51,799 nt of DNA from Anaerolineae bacterium (GCA_027021705.1 JALUTT010000047.1:1-51799), one strand, 5' to 3'. Counted from the stretch's first letter, positions 29,661 through 38,256 are shown. Made by a program: numbers and translations. The notes: generated from the sequence alone by a model not told the origin.

Positions 29661-29844
29661 TGTTCTCTCCCTCCTCTTGCTCAACTTCCTTAATCACAAA
29701 CTGGCGCAGCAGCCGGACCAGTTCGTTCAGGTCTACGAAAGTGATCTCTTGGCCGCTGGTGACGTGGCGCAAGCGGCCTCGCGGGTCCGAACTTCGCGCC
29801 GGGTCGTGGAAGATCGTTAGGATGAACGTTTCGTGGCCTTGCAT
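29644..29844 (-). CDS. Small hypothetical protein (66 aa), homolog of 14050-14280
   Basis: RBS GAGAGGGGG; TFILTIFHD...RGRLRHVTSGQEITFVDLNELVRLLR; overlaps the S8 start by 17 bp. Confidence 0.7.
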   Translation of the reverse strand: MQGHETFILTIFHDPARSSDPRGRLRHVTSGQEITFVDLNELVRLLRQFVIKEVEQEEGENNETQA

Positions 29845-29890
29845 AATCCCCCCTCTCGGAAGACTGGCCCCACCACACCTTCTGCTCCCC

Positions 29891-29924
29891 AGCATACACC
29901 GGTGGTGTGACAAGGGGATGACAA
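29891..29924 (-). promoter_or_regulatory. Direct-repeat (pho-box-like) site and -10 for the small gene-S8 operon
   Basis: TTGTCAT-cccc-TTGTCAC-10 bp-TATGCT. Confidence 0.7.
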
Positions 29925-29959
29925 CGCACAGCCTGCAACTCCCCCTGGGGTGGCGGCGT

Positions 29960-32900
29960 TCAGCGCCGGCGGAGACGCCGATACAGGGCGGTCAATTCCT
30001 CGCAGGGGGGAAGGTCCAGATCGCGCCGCAGCCGCTCCCGCAGGGATTCGTAAGCCCGCAGGGCTGCCGACAGATCCCCCATCGCCCCATACGCCCGCAT
30101 CAGCAGCAGGGTCGCCTCCTCGCTCCAGGGGTCCTCCTCCAGCGTCCGCCGGGCCACCTCCACCACCTCCTGCCAGCGACCGGCCTCCTCGTAGTGCCGG
30201 CCCAACGCCAGCAGCCCCTCCCGATACCGTTCCCGCAGCCGTTCTCGCCGGAAGAGGACCCACTCCTCATAGGGCAGCTCGGGCAGGTACTCCCCGCCGT
30301 AGAGGGCGAGGGCCGCTTCCAGGGCGGCGATGGCCTCTTCCCCCGACCGCGTCCGCGCCCGGCTCAGCGCCTTCTCAAAGGCGATGCCGTCTACCCAGGA
30401 CCCTTCGGGCAGGCGGAGGGCGTAGGTCTCGTCCCCTGTCGCCACATAGCGGGAGGGGAAGCCCGCCGGCAGCTCCGGCTCCAGCGTGCGACGCAGGTCG
30501 GCGATGGCCCGGCGGAGGTTCTGAGCCGCCTTGTCCGGTGGGCTGTCGGGCCAGAGCCATTCCATCAACCGTTCTTTGGGCACCGGCCGGGGGGCCTGCT
30601 CTAACAGGAGGAGGAAGACGTCACGGGCGCTGCGCCGAGGCCAGCGGACGATCTCCCGGTCGCCCCGCCAGAGGCGGAAGCCTCCCAGCGTCTGAACCCG
30701 CAGGGGCTCCGGCGGCAGGGACAGCAACCGCCCCAGGGCCTCTTCGACGGCCTGACGAACGCCGGCGTCGGGATCGTTGCGGCGGGCGGCCAGAGGGGTG
30801 AGGGCGCTCACCTCTCCCAGCCGGCCCAGCAGGTGGGCAGCACGAGCACGGACGTGGGGGGCGGGATCGCGTAAGAGGGGAAGAATCGTGTCGAAGGCCA
30901 GGCGGCCCAGCTGGCCCAGGAGGCAGTCCGCGCACTCCGGCACCAATCCTCGGCGCAAAGCGTGGACCATCAAGGGGATGGTCCAGGCCGCCTCCTCGAG
31001 GAAGAAGTAGAGGCAGCGAGGGGGATCACCGTGCTCGTAATGGTGGGCCAAGGCCATCGCCTGTCCCAGGTGCTCCGCCAGCGCCTCGTCATCCCTCCGG
31101 TGATGGGCCAGCACGGCCTGGTAGAAGTGGAGCTGGGCTTGTTCGTAACGGGCTCCGGCGGAGACGATGGCCCGCTCGGCCTCCCTCCACATCGCCTCAG
31201 CTTCAGCGTCCTCCTCCCGCGCCAGATGGATGGCCCCCATCTCAATCAACCAAGCGCTGCGCTCGAAGGCGTTGTCCATGCGTTCGTAGTGATTCAGCGC
31301 TTCTTCACCCAGGCGCAGGGCTTCATCCAGTTGCCCCCGCCGTCGGGCCAACAGGGCCAGGAAAGCAAAGGTAGGAGCAAGCTCGTACTTGATGTTCAGC
31401 CTCTGCTGGATGGTCAGCGCCTCCCGGTGACACCGCTGAGCCTCCTCCAGCCTCCCCCGGGCGCGATGGATGATCCCCAGGATGTTGAGTCCGTGGCCGT
31501 AGAGAACCTGGCGGTCCAGGAGGCGGGCCAACTCCAGGGCACGGCGCACCAGGGCCTCCGCCCGGTCCAGTTGACCGAGCAGGTAGTGATGGTAGGCTGC
31601 GTTTTCGAGGACGGCGATCTGGTGATGGCGGTTGCCGTAGGCTTCCATCAGGTCTAGAGCCGCGTGCCAGGTCTCCAGGGCGGCGTTGAAATCCCCCCGG
31701 TTGGAAAGCGCCCCCCCTTTGAGCACCAGGAGGGAAGCGCGTCTCAGGGGGTTGTGAGCCCTCGCTGCCCGTTCCAACGCCTGGTCCAGGAGGTCAAAAA
31801 CTTCGGGGATAGCTCCCTGCGTGATGTACCGGGCTTGGGCGATCTTGCCCAGGGCGGCAGCGGCGTCATCGTCGGCCGGTGCGTAGGTCAGCGCCCGCCG
31901 GGCCAAGGTCTCGGCAGCGGCGAAATCGCCATGTTTCGCCCCGGCAATCGCCGCCAAGCCGTAGTACAAGGAGTAGAGGCCCGCTGTGTCCTCCCGATCC
32001 CGGAGAAGGGGCTCGGCTTGCCGGTAGAGCTGCTCGGCCACGCCGTCCTCACCGCGGGCGAAGGCCAGTTCGGCCCGTATCAGGAGGAGCCAAGGATGGG
32101 CCGTTGCAAAGGATGGGGGAAACCGTTCTAGCCAGCCCTCCAGCCTCTGGTAACGGCTGGTGGCAAACAGCCGCTTGGCCAAGGGGCGGATCAGCTCGGC
32201 GGCGGCTTCGTAGTCTTCGGCTTCCAGCAGGTGAACAACGGCGCGTTCGTCATCGCCTCGCTCCAGGAGCCAGGCAGCCGCCCGGCGGTGGAGTTGCCGG
32301 ACGACGGTGCGCCCCTCCTCCTCCAGGAGGCGGCGCCGGAGGAACTCTCGGAAGAGGGTGTGGTAGCGATAGGCGGTGCGACCGGCGTCCACAGGGAAGG
32401 TGAAGAGGCCGGAACGTTCCAAGCGGGCCAGGAGAGCCGCCGCATCGTCCCGGCCCAACAGCGCATCGCAGAGGGCCGGCTCCAACCGCTCCAGGATGGC
32501 CGTGCGGCGCAGGAAGGTGCGCAGCGTCTCCGGCTGACCCTCCAGGACGACGCGGGCCAGGTAGTCGTAGAGGTGGCGGGCATCCCCGGTGGGGGAGAGG
32601 CGCAGCGCCTGAGCAGCGCTCTCGACGCCGTGGCGGGTGACGAACTGCCGGGCCAGCTCCAGCGCCGCCGCCCAGCCCTCGGTCCGCGTCGCCACCTCGC
32701 GCAGGACGGAAAGGGGGAGCTCCAGTTGATGGACCTCACGGAAGAGGGCCACCACCTCGTCGGTCGTGAAACAGAGGTCGGCCGCGGTCACCTCGACCAC
32801 CTGCCCTTGAACGCGCAGACGGGGGATAGCAGAGAGCGGAGGCTCCCGACGGGCGGCCAAGGCCAGGTGCAGGTAGGGCGATGCCCGAACCAGTAAGCGG

Positions 32901-33325
32901 TCCAGGAACTGCAACGACTCCGCCCCCGCCTCGATGGTGTGGACATCGTCCAGGACCAAGAGGAGCGGGGTGTCCAACGAGATCAGAGCGTCGAGGAGAG
33001 GAAGAAGGAGGACCTTTCCGTCGGAGGAAGAGCCGATCGGCAGGGACTCCCGCCCCTCGGCGAGGGCCGGGATAGAGGGGGCCAAGGCGTCGTAGAGGGA
33101 GCGCAAGAAGTGAGGGAGGTCGGCATCCCGCTCATCCAAAGAGAGCCGAACGCTCTGAACCCCACCCCCTTCCACGACCTGAGCTCTCCACTGGTCCAAC
33201 AGAACCGTCTTGCCATAGCCGGCCGGGGCGACGGCCAGAACCAGGCGGCAGCTCAACCCCCGCCCTAAGAGGTCCAAGAGGCGGGGTCTGGGAAGGATGG
33301 TGGCGGTGGGCTGGCGACGGGCCAT
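29960..33325 (-). CDS. MalT-like STAND ATPase + TPR + HEAT pair + C-terminal wHTH/BTAD regulator
   Basis: LPRPRL, Walker A APAGYGKT, LVLDDVH, TEGWAAAL, YRYHTLFREFL; TPRs; LRVQTLGGF...LMEWLWPD...EDPWSEEA. Confidence 0.9.
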   Translation of the reverse strand: MARRQPTATILPRPRLLDLLGRGLSCRLVLAVAPAGYGKTVLLDQWRAQVVEGGGVQSVRLSLDERDADLPHFLRSLYDALAPSIPALAEGRESLPIGSSSDGKVLLLPLLDALISLDTPLLLVLDDVHTIEAGAESLQFLDRLLVRASPYLHLALAARREPPLSAIPRLRVQGQVVEVTAADLCFTTDEVVALFREVHQLELPLSVLREVATRTEGWAAALELARQFVTRHGVESAAQALRLSPTGDARHLYDYLARVVLEGQPETLRTFLRRTAILERLEPALCDALLGRDDAAALLARLERSGLFTFPVDAGRTAYRYHTLFREFLRRRLLEEEGRTVVRQLHRRAAAWLLERGDDERAVVHLLEAEDYEAAAELIRPLAKRLFATSRYQRLEGWLERFPPSFATAHPWLLLIRAELAFARGEDGVAEQLYRQAEPLLRDREDTAGLYSLYYGLAAIAGAKHGDFAAAETLARRALTYAPADDDAAAALGKIAQARYITQGAIPEVFDLLDQALERAARAHNPLRRASLLVLKGGALSNRGDFNAALETWHAALDLMEAYGNRHHQIAVLENAAYHHYLLGQLDRAEALVRRALELARLLDRQVLYGHGLNILGIIHRARGRLEEAQRCHREALTIQQRLNIKYELAPTFAFLALLARRRGQLDEALRLGEEALNHYERMDNAFERSAWLIEMGAIHLAREEDAEAEAMWREAERAIVSAGARYEQAQLHFYQAVLAHHRRDDEALAEHLGQAMALAHHYEHGDPPRCLYFFLEEAAWTIPLMVHALRRGLVPECADCLLGQLGRLAFDTILPLLRDPAPHVRARAAHLLGRLGEVSALTPLAARRNDPDAGVRQAVEEALGRLLSLPPEPLRVQTLGGFRLWRGDREIVRWPRRSARDVFLLLLEQAPRPVPKERLMEWLWPDSPPDKAAQNLRRAIADLRRTLEPELPAGFPSRYVATGDETYALRLPEGSWVDGIAFEKALSRARTRSGEEAIAALEAALALYGGEYLPELPYEEWVLFRRERLRERYREGLLALGRHYEEAGRWQEVVEVARRTLEEDPWSEEATLLLMRAYGAMGDLSAALRAYESLRERLRRDLDLPPCEELTALYRRLRRR

Positions 33326-33341
33326 GGTGGTCAGGATGTGA

Positions 33342-33941
33342 TCAGGTGATCCCCTGGACCTCGGCCTCCAGGCGGGCGAAGAAGGCCCGCATAAAGGCAT
33401 CCCGCTCCACGGCGATGGCGCGGGCTGTGGGCGTGTAGAGGCGTTCCTTGATCCGGGAGAGCTTGATGACGAACTCGTGAACAGGGGTGTGCTCACCCTC
33501 CCCTTCCCGGTAGTCGGAGGGGACAGGAGCCCAGAGGCGCTGCCCCTGAAGCGCTCCATAGGCGTAGGCGCGGGCAATGCCGATGGCCCCGAGGGCGTCG
33601 AGGCTGTCGGCATCGAAGAGGACCTGGGCCTCCAGCGTGGCCGGCTCCGGCGGCGCGCGGAAGCGGTGGGCCAGGATGGCGTGGGCGACGGCCTCTACCC
33701 GCTCCGGCGGATGCCCGCGCAGGATCTCGCGGGCCTTCTGGGCTGCGATCCGGTGGTGGTTCTCCCGATCCACCGCCGCCGCCAGATCGTGCAGGAGCAC
33801 AGCGGCTCTCAGGACTTCCATATCGGCCCCTTCCGCCTGCCCGATCCGCTCGGCCAGCCGGAGGACCCGCAGCACGTGGTCGAAGTCGTGGGAGCGGTCG
33901 TCGCCGACGTAGTACCGCCGGGCCTCGTCAACGGTGATCAT
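33342..33941 (-). CDS. HD-domain phosphohydrolase
   Basis: HDFDHVLRV, LLHD, HRF, LFDADSLDALGAIGIAR; ATG behind AGGAGG. Confidence 0.9.
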   Translation of the reverse strand: MITVDEARRYYVGDDRSHDFDHVLRVLRLAERIGQAEGADMEVLRAAVLLHDLAAAVDRENHHRIAAQKAREILRGHPPERVEAVAHAILAHRFRAPPEPATLEAQVLFDADSLDALGAIGIARAYAYGALQGQRLWAPVPSDYREGEGEHTPVHEFVIKLSRIKERLYTPTARAIAVERDAFMRAFFARLEAEVQGIT

Positions 33942-34134
33942 TGCCAGGACAGACCTCCTAGAGGGCAGGTAGGCCCGGTACGAACCGGGCTGTTTGTTCC
34001 TTCTTCTTCCCGGCGGACTCACGATCCGCCGCCCCCCCCGGACAGTGCATCGGGCAGGGGCACGAGGGAACTTCCCCTGCTCCAGATTGTACCTCAAGTC
34101 CTCCAACAACACAACAGGGCCTCCTGTGATCTGC

Positions 34135-34287
34135 GGTGATTACCCATATCTTTGGAGATAGGGAGACTAGCCGTCCACGAATGGGGCACGAATACACGAA
34201 TTAAGGACCGCCTCATTCGTGCATTGGTGAGAAATTCGTGGACGGCCTGCTACGGACCACTCTCTCGCTCCCTTGTGGGTAATCACC
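34135..34287 (-). mobile_element. 153-bp MITE-like element B, copy 2 (inverted)
   Basis: Same TIRs and internal sequence as 4346-4498; flanks GTGATCT/ATGATCT. Confidence 0.85.
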
Positions 34288-34299
34288 AGATGATCTTTA

Positions 34300-34328
34300 T
34301 TGCCCTCTTTCGCAGGGCGTGCTATAAT
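34300..34328 (+). promoter_or_regulatory. sigma70-type promoter for the LysM operon
   Basis: TTGCCC-17 bp-TATAAT with extended TG. Confidence 0.7.
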
Positions 34329-34410
34329 GCCCCCCTGGTGTGGCCCGACGGCCTCAACGCCGCCGGGTTCCTCCTCGTGCAACTTGAATGGGCCGTATCT
34401 ATTCAGCCTG

Positions 34411-34505
34411 CCCTCCCGCAGGTCACCGGTCGAGGGCACTTTCAGCCCCGATGGGCTATTGGAAGCACGGTTTCGCGTCGGAAACGCGCCTAACCTGCGG
34501 GAGGG
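34411..34505 (+). repeat. 95-bp hairpin element A, copy 2
   Basis: Near-identical to the reverse complement of 4195-4289. Confidence 0.9.
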
Positions 34506-34551
34506 TGAACAGTTACAATGGACCAACGAACTCCAAGGGAGTGAAGGAGTC

Positions 34552-35565
34552 ATGCCGGATAGAGAGGGGTACAGCAAGGGGTGTCGTCGGTTCTGGAGAT
34601 GGCTGGTGCTGGTGAGCCTCCTCCTGAGCGGGTGCGGACAGGTGATCAGCCGGGAGCCGCCGACGGCGACGCCGATCCCGACCGTGCCGCAGCCTACCGT
34701 TGGCCTGGTGGTGCCCCGGCTGCGCCCTACGGCCACCCCGGGACCGGCCACGCCGTCCCCCATCGCCTCACCCTCCCCCACCCCCACCCCCGTGATCCAC
34801 GTCGTCCAGGCCGGCGAGACGCTGATCAGCATCAGCCTCCAGTACGGCGTCTCCGTCGAGGCAATCCAGGCAGCCAACGGGATCCTCAACCCCCAGACCC
34901 TCCAGATCGGCCAGAAGCTGATCATCCCGATGGGAGATGAGGTGGCGGAGGGGAGTCCGGGGCTGCTCCTGCCCACACCGACGCCGGCCCCTGTCCTGGT
35001 GGAAAACGTGGCCTTCTACCGCACGCCGGTGGGGAGCCTCTGGTGCCTGGGCGAGGTGGTCAACCCCGGAGAGGAGCCCCTGGAGAACGTGGAGCTGCGG
35101 ATCACGCTCCACGACCCGGCCGGCGCCGTCCTGGCCGAGGGACGGGCCTTCGCCGCCCTGGACCTGATCCCGCCAGGGGGGCGCTCTCCCTTCGGCCTCC
35201 TCTTCAACGTGCCTCCGGACAGCTACGACCGCTACCTGGTGACCCCACTGCGGGCCGAGGTAGTGGCCGAGGGGACTGTTTTCTACACACCGCTGACCGT
35301 GGCCGAGGTGGAGGCCGGCCCCTCGGGACCGCTCTTTGAGGTGCGGGGCCAGGTGGTGAACGAGACCCCGACGGCGATGACCCAGGTCACCGTCGTCGTC
35401 ACCACCTACAACGCGGCCGGCCAAGTGACGGGTTTCCGCCAAGCCCGACTGCCCGATGAGCTCCCACCGGGCGGACGGCTACCCTTCGCCCTCAGCCTCA
35501 TCCCCCAGGAAGCCCAACCGGTTGAGTACACCGTCGTTGCCGAGGGACGTCCCCTCCAGCCCTAA
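34552..35565 (+). CDS. LysM-domain lipoprotein with two FxLYD-like Ig domains
   Basis: Lipobox LLSGC; HVVQAGETLISISLQYGVSVEAIQAANGI...LQIGQKLIIP; GEVVN/GQVVN modules. Confidence 0.85.
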   Translation: MPDREGYSKGCRRFWRWLVLVSLLLSGCGQVISREPPTATPIPTVPQPTVGLVVPRLRPTATPGPATPSPIASPSPTPTPVIHVVQAGETLISISLQYGVSVEAIQAANGILNPQTLQIGQKLIIPMGDEVAEGSPGLLLPTPTPAPVLVENVAFYRTPVGSLWCLGEVVNPGEEPLENVELRITLHDPAGAVLAEGRAFAALDLIPPGGRSPFGLLFNVPPDSYDRYLVTPLRAEVVAEGTVFYTPLTVAEVEAGPSGPLFEVRGQVVNETPTAMTQVTVVVTTYNAAGQVTGFRQARLPDELPPGGRLPFALSLIPQEAQPVEYTVVAEGRPLQP

Positions 35566-35580
35566 GCCACCTGAGAGCCG

Positions 35581-36249
35581 ATGCCGATCTTCTACCGTCT
35601 TGTGCGCTTCATCCTCAAGGTGCTCATCCGACTGCTCGCCCGCCTGGAGGTCACCGGGCAGGAGAACCTCCCGGACCGGGGCCCTTACGTGGCCGTGGTC
35701 AACCACCTGAGCATCTTCGAGCCGCCAGTAGTGATGACCCTGCTCCCCCACCGAGCTACCGTCCTGGCGGCGATTGAGCACCGGCGGGACTTCTTCTTTG
35801 GCTGGCTGCTGGACCGAGTGGGGGCCATCTGGGTACGCCGGGGGGAGGCGGATCTGCCGGCGCTGCGGCAGGCGCTCCAGGTGCTCCATCAGGGAGGGGT
35901 CCTGGGCATCGCTCCCGAGGGGACGCGCAGCAGGACAGGGGCCCTGCAGGAAGGGAAGCCCGGTGCCGCACTCCTGGCGATCAAGGCCGACGCGCCCATC
36001 GTGCCCATCGCCGTGATGGGGACGGAGCAAGTCCTGGCCCGTCTGAGGCGGCTGCGGCGTCCTCATGTTCGCGTCGTCATCGGCCCACCCTTCCGGCTGC
36101 CCGCTGCGAAGAAGCGGCTCCCCTCCCGCGAACTGCGGGCTTACACCGACCTGATTATGGCCCGCCTGGCCCTCTTGCTTGACCCACCCTATCGAGGCGT
36201 CTATGCCCAACACCCCCTTGTACAAGGAGTGGACCGTGGAGAGGCCTGA
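35581..36249 (+). CDS. plsC: 1-acyl-sn-glycerol-3-phosphate acyltransferase (PlsC family)
   Basis: NHLSIFE (HX4D-type motif with Glu), PEGTRS, IVPIAV. Confidence 0.85.
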   Translation: MPIFYRLVRFILKVLIRLLARLEVTGQENLPDRGPYVAVVNHLSIFEPPVVMTLLPHRATVLAAIEHRRDFFFGWLLDRVGAIWVRRGEADLPALRQALQVLHQGGVLGIAPEGTRSRTGALQEGKPGAALLAIKADAPIVPIAVMGTEQVLARLRRLRRPHVRVVIGPPFRLPAAKKRLPSRELRAYTDLIMARLALLLDPPYRGVYAQHPLVQGVDRGEA

Positions 36250-36715
36250 ACTCCCCGAAGCCGAAGCGATCTCGACGGACGGCGTGCGCCTGCGCCAACT
36301 CGGCCTGGAGGACTACGAGGCTCTCTTCGCCCTCTGGCAGCGGGCCGGCCTCACGTCCTTGCGTCCCCGGGGGCGGGACAGTCGGGAGGCCTTTGCCCGC
36401 CAACTCCAGAGCGGCGTCCAGGCGGTCTTCGGGCTGGAGCAGGATGGTCAGCTCATCGCGGCAGTGGTGGCCACCCACGACAGCCGAAAGGGCTGGATCA
36501 ACCGGCTGGTGGTGGACCCGGACCATCGCCGGCGTGGCCACGGTACCCGCCTCATCGCCGTGGCCGAAGCGTGGCTGCGCCAACAGGGCATCCGCATCAC
36601 CGCTGCCCTCATCGAGAGCTGGAACGAGGCCTCCCTGGCCCTCTTCCAACGCCAGGGCTACCACCTGCACAAGGACATCTACTATCTGAGCAAGCGAGAG
36701 AGCGCCGACGTCTGA
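36236..36715 (+). CDS. GNAT acetyltransferase
   Basis: GWINRLVVDPDHRRRGHGTRL, NEASLALFQRQGY; GTG start behind AAGGAG. Confidence 0.88.
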   Translation: MERPELPEAEAISTDGVRLRQLGLEDYEALFALWQRAGLTSLRPRGRDSREAFARQLQSGVQAVFGLEQDGQLIAAVVATHDSRKGWINRLVVDPDHRRRGHGTRLIAVAEAWLRQQGIRITAALIESWNEASLALFQRQGYHLHKDIYYLSKRESADV

Positions 36716-36718
36716 GCG

Positions 36719-37306
36719 ATGCGACGCCTACGGCTCTTCGTCAGCAGCAGTCGTGACCTGGTGGTCGAGCGGGAAGTGATCGGCCAGGCGGTGGCGGAGC
36801 TCCCCGTCCGGCTGGGCTGGGAGATCGGCCACACGCCGGGGCCGGAGGCTCCCCCCGGCCCGGCCCCCGTCTCGGCAGCCCAATGCGACATCTACATCAT
36901 CGTGCTGGGGATGGACCTGACCGCGCCGATGGGGGTGGAGTGGCATCAAGCCCGGCGGGCCGGCCAGGTTCCCCTGGCCTTCCGCAAGGCGGTGCACCCC
37001 AGCCCGGCCGCCGACCTCTTCCAACGGGAGAGCGGCATCGAGTGGGTGACCTTCGAGGAGGCCGGGCAGCTCAAGCGGCTGGTTCTGGAGGCGTTGGCCC
37101 GCCGCCTGCTGGAGCGAGGGGAGTTCTTCGGGCTGCACCTGCCGGAGGTGGAAGCCCTCTCGGCCCTGCTGGAACGGCTGACCGAGGAGGAAGCGCCGGC
37201 CACGCTTCCATCGGAGGCCCGGCGGGGGGCAGGACGCGGCGGCGTGATCCTGCCCTCTCCCACTCCTCCTGCCACCCCATCATCCCATAAGGCCCCGCCG
37301 GCCTGA
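36719..37306 (+). CDS. DUF4062-like domain protein
   Basis: RLFVSSSRDLVVERE...CDIYIIVLG...EW pattern. Confidence 0.65.
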   Translation: MRRLRLFVSSSRDLVVEREVIGQAVAELPVRLGWEIGHTPGPEAPPGPAPVSAAQCDIYIIVLGMDLTAPMGVEWHQARRAGQVPLAFRKAVHPSPAADLFQRESGIEWVTFEEAGQLKRLVLEALARRLLERGEFFGLHLPEVEALSALLERLTEEEAPATLPSEARRGAGRGGVILPSPTPPATPSSHKAPPA

Positions 37307-37362
37307 GATCATCGGCGGGGTTGCTCTTCCCACCATTCCCAACCCTTAAAGAGGTGTTGGGC

Positions 37363-38256
37363 TCACCAGCGTGTCCCCTCCTCGGGCCAGGCCAGGCGGA
37401 GCCGCAGGAAGAGCCAGGGCGCTCCGGCAGCGCTCCACAGCCCCGCCAGCCCGTAGCGCAGCAGCCGAAAGGCCGGACCGGGCGGGAAGAGGAGTTTGAG
37501 CCCGGCCAGCAGGGCCAGCAGCGTGACGATCCCCAGGGCGTAGCGGAGCGCCCGCCGCCCCACCTCCCCTCCCACCTGGAACCGAACCCAACGCCGCTCG
37601 ACCACGACCCCGCTCCCCATCCCCCACAGAAAGCCGATGGCGGTGAGGGCTTCCTTGGAGCCGGCGTGGACCACCAACATCCCCAGGGGCAAGAGCAGGG
37701 CCAGAGCCATCTGTGCGCCCCAGGAACGGGCCGCCAGCCACCCCTCCAGCCCCGGCCCCAGCCACCAAGCCAAAGCCAGCACCACCCCGCCGATGAGCCA
37801 GCCGACCAGCACATCGTGGGGGAAGTGGACGCCCAGGTAGAGGCGGGAGAGGCCGATGAGGAAGAGCAGCAGGGCCGCCAGCAGCCCAAACCAACGCCGC
37901 CGCACCCAGAGGGCCAGGTAGCCCCACATCACCAGCGTGTTCTGGGCGTGGCCGCTGGGGAGCCCTGGCGTCGTCTCGTAGGTAATGGCCCGCACCCGGT
38001 CGGGGGCGTAGGCGAAGGGACGTGGGGCCTGGAAAAGAGCCTTAAGCCCCATGTTCAGCCAGCCGGAGAGGGGCACCAACAGCCCAATGCGCACCCCCAG
38101 CCCCCGGTGCAGGCACCAGTAGATGAGAGGGATGAGCCAGGTGTACCCCTCCGCCGTGCCCAGGAAGGTGATGGCCTTGAAGAGAGGATCGAGGGTAGGG
38201 CTGAACTGCTGCAACCAGACGATCAGGTCCACGCCGGCATCCATCAGAGGGGTCAT
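37363..38256 (-). CDS. PAP2-family membrane phosphatase
   Basis: KALFQAPRP, PSGH, SRLYLGVHFPHDV. Confidence 0.92.
   Translation of the reverse strand: MTPLMDAGVDLIVWLQQFSPTLDPLFKAITFLGTAEGYTWLIPLIYWCLHRGLGVRIGLLVPLSGWLNMGLKALFQAPRPFAYAPDRVRAITYETTPGLPSGHAQNTLVMWGYLALWVRRRWFGLLAALLLFLIGLSRLYLGVHFPHDVLVGWLIGGVVLALAWWLGPGLEGWLAARSWGAQMALALLLPLGMLVVHAGSKEALTAIGFLWGMGSGVVVERRWVRFQVGGEVGRRALRYALGIVTLLALLAGLKLLFPPGPAFRLLRYGLAGLWSAAGAPWLFLRLRLAWPEEGTRW

Noticed and set aside
33326..33613. N-terminal extensions of ORF-track calls (also at 3254, 7128, 9725, 34300, 48543)
   Set aside because: They overlap neighbouring genes, promoters or repeats; downstream starts fit RBS and domain boundaries better.
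33973..33990. tRNA T-arm-like CCCGGTTCGTACCGGG on the minus strand
   Set aside because: Loop is 6 nt and there is no acceptor, D or anticodon arm; the region also fails ZTP riboswitch and 6S RNA patterns by eye.
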